Assembly (NCBI GenBank): GCA_045565515.1 | Contig: JBJLFF010000002.1 | Coordinates: 3,154 to 67,153, forward strand | Direction of reading: 5' to 3' | DNA: 64,000 nucleotides | Origin: Candidatus Puniceispirillales bacterium | GTDB lineage: Bacteria > Pseudomonadota > Alphaproteobacteria > Puniceispirillales > GCA-002684695 | Part shown: one piece after another, positions 31,827 through 46,332 of the stretch | Numbering within the stretch: the stretch's first letter is position 1 | Layout of the letters: each line of letters starts with the position of its first letter | Translations under genes and position numbers: made by a program | The notes under the pieces: model-generated | What the model saw: the letters and a program-made list of their open reading frames with translations, nothing else | Databases searched by the model: none | Told to the model about the DNA's origin: nothing

Positions 31827-33965
31827 TTATGCCATTTTAGCAATAACTTCATCAGCAACTGCTTGCGGCACCTGCTCATAATGATCAAATTGCATTGTAA
31901 ACTGAGCTCTTCCTTGGCTCATAGATCTTAATGTATTTACGTACCCAAACATATTAGCTAAAGGAACCATACAATCGATAACCCTCGCATTCCCTCTTTG
32001 GTCCATGCCACCAACATTACCCCTTCTACTGTTTAGATCACCAATAATATCACCCATATATTCTTCAGGTGTAACAACTTCAACTTTCATTATAGGTTCT
32101 AATAATCTTGCAGCTGCCTTTGTCATGGCCTCTCTAAACGCAGCCCTTGCAGCAATTTCAAATGCCAGAACGGAGGAATCAACATCATGGCTAGCTCCAT
32201 CCACTAGTTCTGCTTTAAAGTCTATAACTGGAAAACCAGCAACTATACCTGTGTCTTTTTGAAATTTTATGCCTTTTTCAACACCTGGTATATATTCTTT
32301 AGGAACATTTCCGCCAACAACAGAATTTTTAAAACTATATCCGTCTTCTTTATCAGGGGTAAAAATCATTTTAATTCTTGCAAATTGTCCAGCTCCACCT
32401 GATTGCTTCTTATGCGTGTAATCTATCTCAACTTCTTTAGTAATAGTTTCACGATATGCAACTTGAGGTGCTCCAATATTAGCTTCAACCTTAAATTCTC
32501 TTTTTAATCTATCTATCAAAATATCAAGATGAAGCTCACCCATGCCTTTCATAATAGTTTGACCTGATTCTAAATCAGTAGAAACTCTGAATGATGGATC
32601 TTCTGCGGCCAGTCTAGCCAAACCAGCAGACATTTTTTCTTGATCGTTTTTTGATTTAGGCTCCACTGCAATTTCAATAACAGGGTCAGGAAATGTCATT
32701 GTCTCAAGAACAACTGGATTTAAAATTTCACAAAGTGTATCTCCAGTTGTAGTCTCTTTTAACCCGGCGATTGCAACAATGTCACCAGCATAAGCCTCAT
32801 CAATTTCCTCTCTATCTTTGGAATGCATAACCATCATTCTTCCAACTCTCTCCTTTTTGCCTTTAGTTGAATTAAGGATAGAATCACCTTTTTTAAGAAT
32901 ACCAGAATAAATCCTTACAAATGTTAGTGAACCAACAAAAGGATCATTCATAATTTTAAAAGCTAAGCCAGATAATGGCTCTTCATCAGAGGGTTTTCTA
33001 ATTATATTTCTTGTTTCCAAAATATCACCAGGCTTAAATCCTTCGTAGGGAGGCACGTCAAGAGGTCCAGGAAGATAATCAATAACAGCATTTAACATTG
33101 GCTGCACACCTTTGTTTTTGAATGCAGACCCACAAAGAACAGGAACAAATGACATTGAAAGCGTACCTTTTCTAATAAGCATGTGAAGATCTTTCTCACC
33201 AGGCTCATCTCCTTCTAAAAATTTTTCAGTCCACTCGTCATCTTGTTCAACAGCGGTTTCTATAAGAACTGCTCTCAATTCATTTGCTTTATCTTTGAGC
33301 TCATGTCTTATATCTTTTATTTCCCAAGAAGCTCCAAGATCTTCACTTTTCCAAACCCATTCTTTCATTGTGATAAGGTTAACAATACCTTCAAAATTAT
33401 TTTCGGAACCAATGGGAAAATTAATTGGCAAAGCAAGAGCACCTGTTCTTTCTTTGACCATATCTACACAATTAAAGTAATCAGCGCCTATTTTATCCAT
33501 TTTATTTACAAAAACTATTCTTGGTACTTTGTACCTATCAGCTTGCCTCCAAACAGTTTCAGTTTGAGGTTCTATACCAGCATTTGCATCTAAAACACAC
33601 ACAGCACCATCTAAAACAGCTAAGGATCTCTCAACCTCAATAGTAAAATCAACGTGACCAGGTGTATCAATTATATTTAATTTAAATTTAGCTTCTTCAG
33701 GACTGTTTCCATATCTACTATCAGCATTCGTTCCATCATCTGTATTAAACCAGAAGCAAGTTGTGGCAGCTGATGTTATTGTAATACCTCTTTCTTGTTC
33801 TTGTTCCATCCAGTCCATTGTAGCTGCACCGTCATGAACTTCGCCTATTTTATAACTCTTACCTGTATAATATAAAATCCTTTCAGATGTAGTGGTTTTA
33901 CCAGCGTCAATATGAGCCATAATACCAAAATTTCTATATCTCTGTAAGTTTGTTTTTCTCGACAT
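31827..33965 (-). CDS. fusA: Elongation factor G
   Basis: [29 protein letters not shown]. Confidence 0.99.
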   Translation of the reverse strand: MSRKTNLQRYRNFGIMAHIDAGKTTTSERILYYTGKSYKIGEVHDGAATMDWMEQEQERGITITSAATTCFWFNTDDGTNADSRYGNSPEEAKFKLNIIDTPGHVDFTIEVERSLAVLDGAVCVLDANAGIEPQTETVWRQADRYKVPRIVFVNKMDKIGADYFNCVDMVKERTGALALPINFPIGSENNFEGIVNLITMKEWVWKSEDLGASWEIKDIRHELKDKANELRAVLIETAVEQDDEWTEKFLEGDEPGEKDLHMLIRKGTLSMSFVPVLCGSAFKNKGVQPMLNAVIDYLPGPLDVPPYEGFKPGDILETRNIIRKPSDEEPLSGLAFKIMNDPFVGSLTFVRIYSGILKKGDSILNSTKGKKERVGRMMVMHSKDREEIDEAYAGDIVAIAGLKETTTGDTLCEILNPVVLETMTFPDPVIEIAVEPKSKNDQEKMSAGLARLAAEDPSFRVSTDLESGQTIMKGMGELHLDILIDRLKREFKVEANIGAPQVAYRETITKEVEIDYTHKKQSGGAGQFARIKMIFTPDKEDGYSFKNSVVGGNVPKEYIPGVEKGIKFQKDTGIVAGFPVIDFKAELVDGASHDVDSSVLAFEIAARAAFREAMTKAAARLLEPIMKVEVVTPEEYMGDIIGDLNSRRGNVGGMDQRGNARVIDCMVPLANMFGYVNTLRSMSQGRAQFTMQFDHYEQVPQAVADEVIAKMA

Positions 33966-33983
33966 AATAAAATCCTTAAAAGG

Positions 33984-34469
<486 letters not shown>

Positions 34470-34841
34470 TTATTTAGGACGTTTAGCGCCATATTTAGAG
34501 CGACGTTGTTTTCTATCAGCTACACCCTGCGTATCCTGAGACCCTCTTATGATATGGTACCTGACACCAGGTAAATCTTTCACTCTACCTCCCCTGATCA
34601 AAACAACTGAATGCTCTTGAAGGTTATGACCCTCTCCCGGTATATAACTTGTTACCTCATAGCCATTAGTAAGCCTTACTCTTGCAACTTTTCTCAAAGC
34701 AGAATTCGGTTTTTTTGGGGTTGTTGTATACACTCTTGTACAAACTCCTCTTTTTTGAGGACAAGATTCCATTGCTGGAACTTTAGTTCTAGTGAAAGGT
34801 GTTTTTCTACCTTTTCTTACTAACTGATTGACTGTAGGCAT
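34470..34841 (-). CDS. rpsL: 30S ribosomal protein S12
   Basis: [10 protein letters not shown] start; [19 protein letters not shown]. Confidence 0.98.
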   Translation of the reverse strand: MPTVNQLVRKGRKTPFTRTKVPAMESCPQKRGVCTRVYTTTPKKPNSALRKVARVRLTNGYEVTSYIPGEGHNLQEHSVVLIRGGRVKDLPGVRYHIIRGSQDTQGVADRKQRRSKYGAKRPK

Positions 34842-35013
34842 TAACAATAGCTCCAAGCGTGCAATATAACACAATAAAATTTAAAAAAATAATTCAATCA
34901 AAGCGTCTAAATAGAAATTTATTTACCACCTAAGATTGATTGTCGAACAATATTTTATCAGACAAAGAATGTCAAACTATTTATTTACTATAAAACAAGA
35001 AATTAGATTAAAG

Positions 35014-38000
35014 TTAAGAAGCTCCATCAGAACTAATTTCATTAGCTTTCTCTTCAAGCTCTAGCTTTTCATTAATTTCTTTATTTAGCTTTTCTCTGTC
35101 AATTTTAATTTGTGCATCATTGTCACTTGCTATTTTTCTAAGTTTGTTCATAACGCTTCCAGTTCCGGCTGGTATTAACCTTCCCACAATTACATTTTCT
35201 TTCAATCCATCAAGAGTATCTTGTTTCCCAGAAACCGCAGCCTCTGTAAGCACTCTGGTAGTTTCTTGAAATGATGCAGCTGAAATAAATGATTTAGTTT
35301 GCAATGAAGCTTTTGTTATTCCTAGTAATAATGGAGTAGCTTTTGCTGGTTTTAAATTTTTATTAACTAAATCAGTATTTATTTGATTAAGATCTTTAGT
35401 GTATACTTGCTCTCCAACTAAATATGTTGAATCACCCACCTCATCGATTTCACTTTTCTGAAGCATTTGTCTTACAACCGTTTCTATATGTTTATCATCT
35501 ATTTTTACGCCTTGAAGACGATATACATCCTGAACTTCCTTAATAAGATATTCTGCAAGTCTTTCTAAGCCAAGAACTTTCAAAATATCATGAGGCACAG
35601 GATTACCATCAAGCAACATATCCCCTTTTCTAACATAGTCGCCTTCTTGAACAGTTAACATCTTGCCCTTAGGAAGTAATAAATCTACTGACTCTTTTTC
35701 TTTGTCAGCTGGATTTATTCTAATCTTTCTTTTGCTCTTATAATCAGTAGAAAACTCAATATATCCCTCTTCTTCTGCAATTATTGCAGCATCTTTAGGA
35801 ATCCTTGCTTCGAATAACTCTGCAACTCTTGGCAGACCACCAGTAATATCTCGAGTTTTAGATGTTTCTCTTGGAATTCTTGCAAGAACATCTCCTGCAC
35901 TAACTTTTTGACCATTCTCCACAGAAAGAATAGCACCAGCAGATAAAAAGCTTCTTGCCTCAACACCGTTTGATAAAATTACAACTTCACCTTTTTCATT
36001 TCTTAGTGTAATTCTAGGCCTAAGATTTGATCCGCCTGGCTGAGATTTCCAGTCTAGAACAACACTTGTACTGAAACCAGTTATCTCATCAGTGCTTTCA
36101 AGCATAGAAACACCATCTATTAAATCCATATAGTTAGCAACTCCATCAGCTTCTGTAATAATAGGAGTTGTATATGGATCCCATTCAACTAATTTCTGGC
36201 CAGGCTGGACATCATCTCCATCATTAATAAATAATTTTGCACCATATTGTAATCTATATCTAGCTCTATCTTTTCCCTTTTCATCAGTAACAAAAAGTTC
36301 TGCAGATCTACTGAGTATAACATTATTCCCATCAGAAGCCTTTACAGTTGATGCAGCTTCAAGCCTTACTTTGCCTCCAATAGAAGATTCAATATTACTT
36401 TGTTCAGCACCTCGCTGCGCCGCACCCCCAATATGGAATGTCCTCATTGTCAATTGTGTCCCAGGCTCTCCAATAGATTGAGCTGCAATAACGCCAACAG
36501 CCTCTCCAATATTTACTGGAGTTCCTCTTGCCAAGTCTCTACCATAACAATTAGCACATATTCCCACCTTTGCCTCACACAAAAGAGGCGATCTAACTAA
36601 AATTTGATCTAAAGAAGATCTGTCAATTAAATCAACCATTTCTTCATCTATAATTTCACCTTTTTTACATATACTTGAGTCATCTTTAACATCAATTATA
36701 TCTTCAGCAGCCGTTCTTCCTAAAACTCTATCTCCAAGAGGTTCAATCACATCTCCTCCCTCAATAACTGCTCTCATTGTAATAAACTTCTCGGTGTTAC
36801 AATCTTCAACGGTAATAATACAATCTTGAGCAACATCAACGAGCCGTCTAGTAAGATAACCAGAATTTGCAGTCTTAAGAGCGGTATCAGCCAAGCCTTT
36901 CCTAGCACCATGAGTTGAATTAAAATACTCGAGGACATTTAAACCTTCTTTGAAAGATGAGATTATAGGTGTCTCAATAATTTCACCAGATGGTTTTGCC
37001 ATTAAACCTCTCATACCAGCTAGTTGTTTAATTTGAGCTTGAGAGCCTCTGGCCCCTGAATGCGCCATCATCCAAACTGAATTTACAGTTTTCCCTGGCT
37101 TATCAGTACTTATTTCAGTCATCATTTCATCAGCGATCCCATCCGTAACACGTGACCAAACATCAATAACCTTATTATATTTTTCACCTTGTGTAATCAA
37201 TCCTTCTAAAAATTGTTGTTCAAACTCTTTAACTTGTTTATCAGCCTCCTTAACCATTGCTTCTTTTTTTACAGGAGTAGTTAAATCACTTATTCCAAAC
37301 GAAATACCAGATACACAAGCTTGATTAAAACCTAAGGCCATCATTTTATCAGCAAAAATAACCGTATCTTTTTGACCACAATGTCTGTAAATATAATCAA
37401 TAACTTTAGTAACCTGTTTCTTTGTCATTAATTGATTTAAAATATCAAAATTTACTGAGGCATTTTGTGGTAAAATTTCTGATAATTTTACTCTTCCCGG
37501 AGTGGTCTCAACTATCCTAAAGGATTTTTCACCATTGAGTTCAGGGTATTCAATCCGAGTTTTAATCTTTGCATGCAAAGAGATTGCTGCATTATCCAAT
37601 GCAATTAATACTTCAGTTTTATCAGCAAATACCATACCTTCGCCCTTTTCATTATTTCTTTCCATAGTCATGAAATACAAACCAAGGATAATATCTTGAG
37701 AAGGAACTATTATAGGCTTTCCATTAGCAGGAGATAAAATATTATTCGTAGACATCATCAAAACTCTAGCTTCAAGTTGAGATTCTATCGAAAGAGGAAC
37801 GTGAACTGCCATTTGATCCCCATCAAAATCTGCATTAAACGCTGTACATACTAAAGGATGTAATCTTATTGCTTTACCTTCTACTAAAATTGGTTCAAAA
37901 GCTTGCACACCTAATCTATGCAATGTAGGCGCTCTATTTAACATTACAGGATGCTCTCTTATTACTTCTTCAAGAATGTCCCAAACTTCAGTTCTGTCTT

Positions 38001-39210
38001 TTTCAACCATCCTTTTTGCGGCTTTAATTGTTGTAGCCATTCCATAAAGCTCTAATTTTGCATAAATGAAAGGTTTAAATAATTCTAACGCCATTTTTTT
38101 TGGCAAACCGCATTGATGTAATTTAAGATTTGGGCCAACAACAATTACTGATCTTCCAGAATAGTCTACTCTTTTTCCTAATAAATTTTGTCTAAATCTC
38201 CCTTGCTTTCCTTTGAGCATATCAGAAAGAGACTTTAATGGTCTTTTATTGACACCTGTAATAACCCTGCCTCTTCGTCCATTATCGAATAATGCATCAA
38301 CAGATTCTTGAAGCATTCTTTTTTCGTTTCTAACAATTATATCAGGAGCTTTAAGTTCAATTAACCTTTTCAACCTATTGTTTCTATTAATTACTCTTCT
38401 ATAAAGATCATTTAAATCAGAAGTAGCAAACCTTCCTCCATCAAGAGGTACTAAAGGACGAAGTTCTGGAGGTATTACGGGAACAACCTCTAAAATCATC
38501 CACTCAGGTCTACTATTAGACATAATAAAAGATTCAATTAGTTTTAATTTTTTTACTAATTTTTTCCTTTTAACTTCTGATCCTGTTTCTTTAAGCTCTG
38601 AACTAACTTTAATTTTCTCTTCATCCAAATTAATATTAGATAATAAAAAATGTATGGCCTCGGCACCAATCATAGCTTTAAATGAATCTTCACCAAACTC
38701 TTCTAAATTGTCATAATAGGCTTCTTCAGACAAAAGTTGTCCAGATTTAAGTGTTGTTAAACCTGGATCCAGCACAACAAAATTTTCAAAGTATAAAACT
38801 CTTTCTAAATCTTTCAATGTCATGTCTACAAGCAATCCAATCCTGGAGGGAAGAGATTTCAAAAACCAAATATGTGCAACAGGTGAAGCCAGTTCAATAT
38901 GACCCATTCTATCTCTTCTAACCTTAGAAAGAGTGACCTCAACACCACATTTTTCACATATGATACCTCTGTATTTCATTCTCTTGTATTTGCCACATAA
39001 GCATTCATAATCTCTTACAGGACCAAAAATTCTGGAGCAAAACAAACCATCTCTCTCAGGCTTAAAAGTTCTGTAATTAATAGTTTCAGGTTTTTTTATT
39101 TCACCAAACGACCATGATCTTATCCTTTGGGGAGCAGATATAGTAACTCTTATTTGATCAAAACTTTGAGGACTTTGGACTTGTGAAAACGGATTTACAA
39201 GATCATTCAT
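35014..39210 (-). CDS. rpoC: RNA polymerase subunit beta'
   Basis: NADFDGDQM catalytic motif, zinc-finger Cys. Confidence 0.99.
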   Translation of the reverse strand: MNDLVNPFSQVQSPQSFDQIRVTISAPQRIRSWSFGEIKKPETINYRTFKPERDGLFCSRIFGPVRDYECLCGKYKRMKYRGIICEKCGVEVTLSKVRRDRMGHIELASPVAHIWFLKSLPSRIGLLVDMTLKDLERVLYFENFVVLDPGLTTLKSGQLLSEEAYYDNLEEFGEDSFKAMIGAEAIHFLLSNINLDEEKIKVSSELKETGSEVKRKKLVKKLKLIESFIMSNSRPEWMILEVVPVIPPELRPLVPLDGGRFATSDLNDLYRRVINRNNRLKRLIELKAPDIIVRNEKRMLQESVDALFDNGRRGRVITGVNKRPLKSLSDMLKGKQGRFRQNLLGKRVDYSGRSVIVVGPNLKLHQCGLPKKMALELFKPFIYAKLELYGMATTIKAAKRMVEKDRTEVWDILEEVIREHPVMLNRAPTLHRLGVQAFEPILVEGKAIRLHPLVCTAFNADFDGDQMAVHVPLSIESQLEARVLMMSTNNILSPANGKPIIVPSQDIILGLYFMTMERNNEKGEGMVFADKTEVLIALDNAAISLHAKIKTRIEYPELNGEKSFRIVETTPGRVKLSEILPQNASVNFDILNQLMTKKQVTKVIDYIYRHCGQKDTVIFADKMMALGFNQACVSGISFGISDLTTPVKKEAMVKEADKQVKEFEQQFLEGLITQGEKYNKVIDVWSRVTDGIADEMMTEISTDKPGKTVNSVWMMAHSGARGSQAQIKQLAGMRGLMAKPSGEIIETPIISSFKEGLNVLEYFNSTHGARKGLADTALKTANSGYLTRRLVDVAQDCIITVEDCNTEKFITMRAVIEGGDVIEPLGDRVLGRTAAEDIIDVKDDSSICKKGEIIDEEMVDLIDRSSLDQILVRSPLLCEAKVGICANCYGRDLARGTPVNIGEAVGVIAAQSIGEPGTQLTMRTFHIGGAAQRGAEQSNIESSIGGKVRLEAASTVKASDGNNVILSRSAELFVTDEKGKDRARYRLQYGAKLFINDGDDVQPGQKLVEWDPYTTPIITEADGVANYMDLIDGVSMLESTDEITGFSTSVVLDWKSQPGGSNLRPRITLRNEKGEVVILSNGVEARSFLSAGAILSVENGQKVSAGDVLARIPRETSKTRDITGGLPRVAELFEARIPKDAAIIAEEEGYIEFSTDYKSKRKIRINPADKEKESVDLLLPKGKMLTVQEGDYVRKGDMLLDGNPVPHDILKVLGLERLAEYLIKEVQDVYRLQGVKIDDKHIETVVRQMLQKSEIDEVGDSTYLVGEQVYTKDLNQINTDLVNKNLKPAKATPLLLGITKASLQTKSFISAASFQETTRVLTEAAVSGKQDTLDGLKENVIVGRLIPAGTGSVMNKLRKIASDNDAQIKIDREKLNKEINEKLELEEKANEISSDGAS

Positions 39211-39233
39211 TATAAATTACTCCTATTTAATTC

Positions 39234-42200
39234 TTAATTTTCTGAAGAGTTCATATCAACATTAAGGCCTAAAGACTTTAGCTCCTTAACAAGCACATTA
39301 AAACTTTCTGGAACACCAGTTTCAAAATTATCATCGCCGCGAACAATTGATTCATATACTTTTGTTCTTCCTGAAACATCATCAGATTTGACTGTGAGCA
39401 TTTCTTGCAAAGTGAATGCAGCTCCATAAGCTTGCAAAGCCCAGACCTCCATTTCACCAAAACGTTGGCCTCCAAATTGTGCTTTACCACCAAGTGGTTG
39501 CTGTGTGACCAAGCTATAAGGACCAATTGATCGGGCGTGTATTTTATCATCTACTAAATGGTGCAACTTTAATATATACTTATATCCAACGGTAACAGGT
39601 CTTGAGAACATCTCACCTGTTCTACCATCTGTTAGGTATTCCTGACCAGTTTCATTTAATCCAGCAAGCTTGAGAAGATCTTTAATGTCGGCCTCTCTTG
39701 CCCCATCAAATACATCAGTACTCATTGGGACACCATCTTTTAGCTTATTAGCAATATTCAATAAATTATCATCATCTAGATGTTCTATAGAGGTTTTATA
39801 CTGATCTTCACTATAAGATTTTTTAAGAATATTTTTTAATTCTTTATAATTAGACGTTTTTCTTGCTTTTTCTGCTTCATCACCAATCATTTTACCAATA
39901 CCAGATGATGCCCAACCTAAATGAGTTTCTAGTACTTGCCCTACATTCATTCGAGAAGGCACACCCAAAGGATTCAAAACAACATCAACTGGAGTACCAT
40001 CTTTTAAATATGGCATATCTTCTAAAGGCATAATTCTGCTTATCACACCTTTGTTGCCATGCCTACCAGCCATTTTGTCTCCAGCTTGGAGTTTCCTTTT
40101 AACTGCGACAAAAACTTTAATCATTTTCATAACACCTGGCAACAATTCATCTCCAGATTGAAGTTTTTCAACTTTGTCACTAAAATCAAGCTCAAGCTTA
40201 TTTAATGCATTGTCAAAATGATCAGATAACAATTCTAATTGTTTTTGTTTTTTTTCACTACCAACTTCTATTTTAGACCATTCAGATTTATTCAAATTAT
40301 CTATGAATTCTTCATTAATTTTATGACCCTTTTTAAAGTCATTAAAATCTGTAGTAAGTATTTGACCATTTAATAGTTCGTCCAATTTATTATTATAAGC
40401 CCTCTCAATAATAATTCTTTCATCGTCTCTATCTTTAGCTAATCTTTCAATATCTTGTCTTTCAATAGCTCTAGCTCTTTCATCTTTTTCCAGACCTCTT
40501 CTTGAAAAAATACGCACCTCAACTACAGTACCGCTTGCTCCCGGAGGCAATCGTAGTGAAGTGTCCCTAACATCACTGGCTTTCTCACCAAAAATAGCTC
40601 TAAGTAACTTCTCTTCTGGTGTCATAGGTGTTTCACCTTTTGGCGTAACCTTTCCAACCAATACATCACCAGCTTTAACTTCTGCACCAACGTAAACTAT
40701 TCCAGCTTCATCTAAGTCTCTTAAACTTTCTTCGCCAACATTAGGAATATCTCGTGTAATATCTTCTTGACCTAGCTTAGTGTCACGGGCCATAACTTCA
40801 AATTCTTCAATATGAATTGAAGTAAAAACATCATCGTGAACAATTCTCTCGGATATAAGAATTGAATCTTCGAAATTATAACCATTCCACGGCATATAAG
40901 CGACTAATACATTTTTACCTAAAGCAAGTTCACCATCTTCAGTAGATGGTCCATCAGCAATAATGTCTCCTTTTTCAACATAGTCACCTACAATAACTAA
41001 TGGCCTTTGATTTACACATGTATTCTGATTAGATCTTTGAAATTTTAATAAAGAATAAATATCGACTGGTGACACTTCTGCATTGTCATTATCACTATAT
41101 GCACGTATTACTATTCTTGTAGCATCAACCTGATCTACAACACCGCTTCTATTTGCAATAATTGTAACACCGCTATCTCTAGCAACAACAGTCTCCATTC
41201 CTGTTCCTACAAATGGGCTTTTTGAAACAAGTAATGGAACAGCTTGTCTTTGCATGTTTGATCCCATTAAGGCTCTATTTGCATCATCATTTTCTAAAAA
41301 TGGAATTAAAGCAGCTGCAACTGATACAAGTTGTTTTGGCGAAACATCCATCATTTCAATATTTTCAGGTTTGGCTAAACCTATTTCACCAGCTTTTCTA
41401 ACTGGAATTAACTCGCCCTCAAAACCACCATCTTTTTTAAGTTTTGCATTAGCTTGTGCAATTGTATACCTTCCTTCTTCCATTGCAGATATATACTCAA
41501 CAGCCTCGGTAACCTTTCCATTTTCAACTTTTCTGTAAGGTGTTTCAATAAAACCATATTGGTTAATTTTAGCGTGAGTTGCTAACGAGTTAATTAAACC
41601 AATATTAGGTCCTTCAGGTGTCTCAATTGGGCAAATTCTACCATAGTGTGTTGGGTGAACATCTCTAACCTCAAAGCCCGCTCTTTCTCTTGTCAAGCCA
41701 CCTGGACCAAGAGCTGAAACCCTTCTCTTATGGGTAATTTCTGATAATGGGTTGGTTTGATCCATAAATTGAGATAATTGTGATGAACCAAAAAATTCTC
41801 TCACAGCAGCTGCTGCAGGTTTTGAATTCACAAGGTCATGAGGCATTACTGTGTCGATTTCAACAGACCCCATTCTCTCTTTAACAGCTCTTTCCATTCT
41901 TAATAAACCAACTCTATATTGGTTTTCCATTAATTCACCGACTGATCTTACACGTCTATTGCCTAAATGATCAATATCATCAATATCCCCTCTTCCATCT
42001 TTTAATCCAACAAGTACTTTAACGATTTCAAAAATATCCTCTCTTTTTAAAATCCTTACATCATCACTAGTATCAATGTTTAATCTATTGTTCATTTTAA
42101 CTCTTCCAACACTAGATAAATCATACCTGTCAGGATCAAAAAAAAGACTATTAAACAAAGTTTCTGCTGACTCAACAGTTGGAGGCTCACCTGGTCTCAT

Positions 42201-43439
42201 AACTCTATATATATCGATGAGAGCCTCGTCTCTATTGGAATTTTTATCTACAGATAAAGTATTTCTTATCCAAGGGCCAACATGAACATTATCAATAAAG
42301 AGTATTTCAATTTCTTTATAGTTCTCTGAATTAATTAAATCTAATTTTGTCTGATCAATTTGATCGCCTGCCTCTATTAAGACCTCACCACTCTCTAAAT
42401 TTATCATGTCATTAGCAATAAATTTATCTAATAATTCCTCTTCAAGGACTTTAATGAATTTTAAACCATCTGATGATAATTTCTTTATTGATCTGGGTGT
42501 CAATCTTTCTCCAGCTTTTAAAAGTATTTTTCCACTATCTGCATCCACTAAATCTCTTGTAATCTTTGAAGGACGCATTCTTTGAGGATTGAACTCAGTT
42601 TTCCAACCAGATTTATCTTTTAAATAAATATCTTTTTCATAAAAATAGTTCAACAAATCTTCAGGTGTATAGCCGCTAACCTTAGTTCTATCTAAAATGA
42701 AATCAGACTCATCAATTCCATCTAAATATTTCTCACTTTCTTCATTTAGCAAAGACATTAATAGTGTAGTAGCAGGTAATTTTCTTCTTCTATCAATTCT
42801 TACATTTAAAATGTCTTTGGTATCAAATTCAAAATCCAACCATGAACCTCTATATGGAATTACTCTAGCAGCAAATAAAAATTTACCTGAAGCATGAGTT
42901 TTCCCCCTGTCATGGTCAAAAAATACTCCAGGTGATCTATGCATTTGCGAAACAATAACCCTCTCTGTTCCATTAACTACAAAAGTACCATTTTTCGTCA
43001 TCAATGGAATATCACCCATGTAGACGTCTTGTTCTTTAATGTCCCGTAAAGTTTTAGCTTCTGTGTCTTCATCTATATCCCAAACTTCAAGCCTCATAGT
43101 CACACGAAGCGCAGAACCAAATGTAAGGCCTCTTTGTTGACATTCCTCAACATCATACTTGGGATTTTCTAAACTATATGAAACGTAATTTAAGTTTGCT
43201 CTTCCAGCAAAATCATTAATTGGAAAAACTGATCTGAAAACGGCTTCCAATCCAATATCTGCTCTATTTGAAGGATCAGTATACATCTGAAGAAAAGATT
43301 TGTATGATTCTCTTTGAACTTCAATAAGATTAGGCATTTCAATAATTTTTTTAATTTTACTAAAACTTCTTCTAATTCTTCTGTTTGATGTAAATGATTT
43401 TAAGCTTGAAGACATATTCTTTAACTTTCTTTTGAGCAT
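39234..43439 (-). CDS. rpoB: RNA polymerase subunit beta (start may be 43415)
   Basis: [30 protein letters not shown]. Confidence 0.99.
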   Translation of the reverse strand: MLKRKLKNMSSSLKSFTSNRRIRRSFSKIKKIIEMPNLIEVQRESYKSFLQMYTDPSNRADIGLEAVFRSVFPINDFAGRANLNYVSYSLENPKYDVEECQQRGLTFGSALRVTMRLEVWDIDEDTEAKTLRDIKEQDVYMGDIPLMTKNGTFVVNGTERVIVSQMHRSPGVFFDHDRGKTHASGKFLFAARVIPYRGSWLDFEFDTKDILNVRIDRRRKLPATTLLMSLLNEESEKYLDGIDESDFILDRTKVSGYTPEDLLNYFYEKDIYLKDKSGWKTEFNPQRMRPSKITRDLVDADSGKILLKAGERLTPRSIKKLSSDGLKFIKVLEEELLDKFIANDMINLESGEVLIEAGDQIDQTKLDLINSENYKEIEILFIDNVHVGPWIRNTLSVDKNSNRDEALIDIYRVMRPGEPPTVESAETLFNSLFFDPDRYDLSSVGRVKMNNRLNIDTSDDVRILKREDIFEIVKVLVGLKDGRGDIDDIDHLGNRRVRSVGELMENQYRVGLLRMERAVKERMGSVEIDTVMPHDLVNSKPAAAAVREFFGSSQLSQFMDQTNPLSEITHKRRVSALGPGGLTRERAGFEVRDVHPTHYGRICPIETPEGPNIGLINSLATHAKINQYGFIETPYRKVENGKVTEAVEYISAMEEGRYTIAQANAKLKKDGGFEGELIPVRKAGEIGLAKPENIEMMDVSPKQLVSVAAALIPFLENDDANRALMGSNMQRQAVPLLVSKSPFVGTGMETVVARDSGVTIIANRSGVVDQVDATRIVIRAYSDNDNAEVSPVDIYSLLKFQRSNQNTCVNQRPLVIVGDYVEKGDIIADGPSTEDGELALGKNVLVAYMPWNGYNFEDSILISERIVHDDVFTSIHIEEFEVMARDTKLGQEDITRDIPNVGEESLRDLDEAGIVYVGAEVKAGDVLVGKVTPKGETPMTPEEKLLRAIFGEKASDVRDTSLRLPPGASGTVVEVRIFSRRGLEKDERARAIERQDIERLAKDRDDERIIIERAYNNKLDELLNGQILTTDFNDFKKGHKINEEFIDNLNKSEWSKIEVGSEKKQKQLELLSDHFDNALNKLELDFSDKVEKLQSGDELLPGVMKMIKVFVAVKRKLQAGDKMAGRHGNKGVISRIMPLEDMPYLKDGTPVDVVLNPLGVPSRMNVGQVLETHLGWASSGIGKMIGDEAEKARKTSNYKELKNILKKSYSEDQYKTSIEHLDDDNLLNIANKLKDGVPMSTDVFDGAREADIKDLLKLAGLNETGQEYLTDGRTGEMFSRPVTVGYKYILKLHHLVDDKIHARSIGPYSLVTQQPLGGKAQFGGQRFGEMEVWALQAYGAAFTLQEMLTVKSDDVSGRTKVYESIVRGDDNFETGVPESFNVLVKELKSLGLNVDMNSSEN

Positions 43440-43469
43440 TTAATAAATAATATAATAACTAGATAAGCA

Positions 43470-43502
43470 TCGGCCAAATTAACTAAAAAATAATTTGGCC
43501 GA
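43470..43502 (-). terminator. Hairpin between rplL and rpoB (attenuator/terminator-like)
   Basis: 12-bp stem TCGGCCAAATTA / TAATTTGGCCGA with 9-nt loop. Confidence 0.5.
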
Positions 43503-43511
43503 AGATGAAAT

Positions 43512-43889
43512 TTATTTAATTTCGACTGAAGCCCCAGCTTCTTCTAATTTTTTCTTAATTTCTTCAGCTTCATCTTTAGAAGCACCCTCTTTAACAGGCT
43601 TTGGTGCGGCTTCAACTAAATCTTTAGCCTCTTTTAATCCTAAGCCTGTTATAGACCTAACTTCCTTAATAACATTAATTTTCTTTTCACCTATTGCAGA
43701 TAAGATTACATCAAATTCTGTTTGATCAGCACCTGCATCAGCAGCAGCACCAGCAGCAGCAGGGGCAGCAACAGCCACAGCAGCAGCAGCTGATACACCC
43801 CATTTCTCTTCGAGTGCCTTGGATAGTTCTGCAGCCTCCATTACTGTTAAACTAGATAATTCTTCAACGATTTTTTCTATATTAGCCAT
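43512..43889 (-). CDS. rplL: 50S ribosomal protein L7/L12
   Basis: WGVSAAA hinge, [18 protein letters not shown]. Confidence 0.98.
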   Translation of the reverse strand: MANIEKIVEELSSLTVMEAAELSKALEEKWGVSAAAAVAVAAPAAAGAAADAGADQTEFDVILSAIGEKKINVIKEVRSITGLGLKEAKDLVEAAPKPVKEGASKDEAEEIKKKLEEAGASVEIK

Positions 43890-43909
43890 ATTAATTTCTC
43901 CTTATAATT

Positions 43910-44416
43910 TTATTGATTAGCCTTAGCGTGAAATACATTCACAAGTTTGTTAGCTGGTGCAACAGATACACTCACTAACTTTTGAGAAGGCGATTTTATT
44001 AAACCAACAAGTTTACCTCTAAGCTCATCCAGTGATGGAAGAGAAGCTAATTGCTCAACTTCAGCGATAGATAATATTTTTCCATCTAATCCGCCACCAA
44101 TAATAGATAACTTGTCATTATTTTTTGCAAATTGTGATACAGTCTTTGGAGCACTTACAGGGTCTTCAGATACAGCTATTGCTGTTGGACCTGAAAATAA
44201 TTCACTTATATTTTCATACTTTGTGTCTTTTAGAGCCAACTTTACAATTCTATTTTTTGCAACTTGATATTTTGCTCCAACTTCACGCATTTTAACTCGC
44301 AAATCAGTACTTTCTTCAACTGTTAAACCCACTTGTTTAGTAACAATAACTACACCAGCATTGCTTAAAGTTGAATTCAGTTTTTTGATCAGTTCTGCTT
44401 TTTCTTCTCTATTCAC
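43910..44416 (-). CDS. rplJ: 50S ribosomal protein L10
   Basis: GTG start after GGAG; VAKN, GPTAIA, LASLPS. Confidence 0.96.
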   Translation of the reverse strand: MNREEKAELIKKLNSTLSNAGVVIVTKQVGLTVEESTDLRVKMREVGAKYQVAKNRIVKLALKDTKYENISELFSGPTAIAVSEDPVSAPKTVSQFAKNNDKLSIIGGGLDGKILSIAEVEQLASLPSLDELRGKLVGLIKSPSQKLVSVSVAPANKLVNVFHAKANQ

Positions 44417-44429
44417 AGATCGTCTCCGT

Positions 44430-44600
44430 TTGTTGTGGGGCAACCCCCAGGTTAATAAGTTTGCAATATGCAAACAATTTATTTTGCCCAGGGTTTAAGT
44501 TAAACCTTTAAACCCTATCTAAGTAGGAAATTAAGAGAAACTCACCTACTGTCTTGGACAGGTTGGAACTTTCGTTCCTTCTAAATCTTACGATTTAGAA
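44430..44600 (-). promoter_or_regulatory. L10 leader (rplJL autoregulatory RNA) preceded by two GNRA hairpins
   Basis: Minus strand CCTGTCCAAGACAGTAGG...TTAA...CCTACTTAGATAGG kink-turn-like core (44512-44562); GAAA and GTAA tetraloop hairpins at 44565-44600. Confidence 0.75.
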
Positions 44601-44612
44601 ACTCAAAAATTT

Positions 44613-45306
44613 TTAAGCCATAACCCCTATAGTATTAATTTTTACACCAGGACCCATTGTAGAGCTTATGGTAATTTTTTTTCATATAGACTCCTTTTGA
44701 ACCTGAAGGCTTTGCTATGCTAACTGCTTTTATAAAAGCATTTATATTAGCTATTATTGATTTTTCATCAAAACTTGATTTACCAATTCCAGCGTGGACA
44801 ATGCCAGATTTTTCAACCCTAAATTGAACCTCACCTGATTTTGCAGCTTTAACAGCTTTTGCAACGTCCATTGTAACTGTTCCTAATTTAGGATTAGGCA
44901 TTAAACCTCTAGGACCTAGAATCTTTCCCAACTTTCCAACTGTACCCATAAGATCAGGTGTAGCAATAACTCTATCAAAATCAATCTTTCCTGATTCTAT
45001 TTTCTCAGCAAGATCACTCTCACCAACAAACTCAGCACCTGCTTCAGTCGCTTCTTTCAATTTTTCATTTTTTGCAAATACTGCAACTTTAACATCTTTC
45101 CCAGTTCCAGATGGCAAAGCAACCATTCCCCTAACCATTTGATCAGATTGACGAGGATCAACTCCCAAATTCATTGATATATCAATAGTTTCGTCAAATT
45201 TAGCCTTAGAATTAGACTTAACTAACTTAACTGCTTCTTCGATAGAAAATAATTTAGAATTTTCAAAACTTTTATAACATTCTTTTAATCTTTTACCAAT
45301 TTTCAT
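44613..45306 (-). CDS. rplA: 50S ribosomal protein L1 (apparent +1 frameshift in A8 run at 44675-44682)
   Basis: [16 protein letters not shown]; conserved SSTMGPG C-terminus lies in the shifted frame. Confidence 0.95.
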
Positions 45307-45312
45307 ATTTAT

Positions 45313-45741
45313 TTACTCCACAACCTCTAAGCCCATTGACCTAGCTGAACCTTTTATCATTTCTAAAGCACCTTCTATATTTACCGCATTAAGATCTTTT
45401 TGCTTAGTTTCAGCAATTTCCTTACATTGGGCAATAGTAACTTGACCAGCAGAACTCCTTCCTGGTGTTTGACCACCTTTTTTTAGTTTAGCGGCTTTTT
45501 TCAAAAAATAGCTCGCAGGGGGGGTCTTAGTAATAAAAGTAAAAGATTTATCACTAAAAGCTGTAATTTCTACAGGAATTGGCATTCCTTTTTCCATAGT
45601 GTCTGTTGCAGCATTAAAAGCCTTACAAAATTCCATTATGTTAAGCCCTCTTTGACCTAATGCTGGGCCCACTGGTGGAGAAGGATTGGCTTGACCCGCG
45701 GGTATCTGAAGTTTAATGTAACCTTCAATATTTTTTGCCAT
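45313..45741 (-). CDS. rplK: 50S ribosomal protein L11
   Basis: [20 protein letters not shown]. Confidence 0.98.
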   Translation of the reverse strand: MAKNIEGYIKLQIPAGQANPSPPVGPALGQRGLNIMEFCKAFNAATDTMEKGMPIPVEITAFSDKSFTFITKTPPASYFLKKAAKLKKGGQTPGRSSAGQVTIAQCKEIAETKQKDLNAVNIEGALEMIKGSARSMGLEVVE

Positions 45742-45783
45742 TTCTAAAACTCTCTATTATTATTTTTAATTTACTTATATTAA

Positions 45784-46314
45784 TTAAACTTTTTCAACCT
45801 GACTGTAATCTAAGTCAACTGGAGTAGACCTTCCAAAAATTGATACCGCAACTTTTAATCTGGCCTTATCTTCATCAATATCTTCAACTAAACCGTTAAA
45901 GGATGCAAAAGGACCATCACAAACTCTAACCTGTTCACCAATTTCATATATTATTGAAGCTCTTGGTCTTTCTATTCCTTCACTTATTTGATTAATTAGC
46001 TGTTGAGCCTCTTTTTCTGTAATTGGTATCGGTTTCCCTTTGCTTCCTAAAATTCCAGTTACTCTTGTTTGACTTTTTATAAGATGCCACGTTTCATCAG
46101 AAAGTTCCATATTCACGAGCAAATAGCCTGGGAAGAACTTTCTCTCAGAATTAACTTTAACACCTCTTCTGACTTCTACAACCTCCTCTGTAGGCACAAG
46201 GACTTCAGAAAAAAATTCTTGCATACCTTTTCTAGCAATCTGATCTTGAATAGCCTCAGCAACTTTTTTTTCTGAACCAGAATAAACATGCACAACATAC
46301 CAGCGCATTGCCAT
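45784..46314 (-). CDS. nusG: Transcription termination/antitermination factor NusG
   Basis: WYVVH..SG.E, FFPGY, DGPF..F.G, IFGR.TPV. Confidence 0.98.
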   Translation of the reverse strand: MAMRWYVVHVYSGSEKKVAEAIQDQIARKGMQEFFSEVLVPTEEVVEVRRGVKVNSERKFFPGYLLVNMELSDETWHLIKSQTRVTGILGSKGKPIPITEKEAQQLINQISEGIERPRASIIYEIGEQVRVCDGPFASFNGLVEDIDEDKARLKVAVSIFGRSTPVDLDYSQVEKV

Positions 46315-46332
46315 TTTTACACCTTTAAAATA

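Noticed and set aside
43725-43795. GCAGCA repeats in rplL
   Set aside because: Normal alanine-rich L7/L12 hinge
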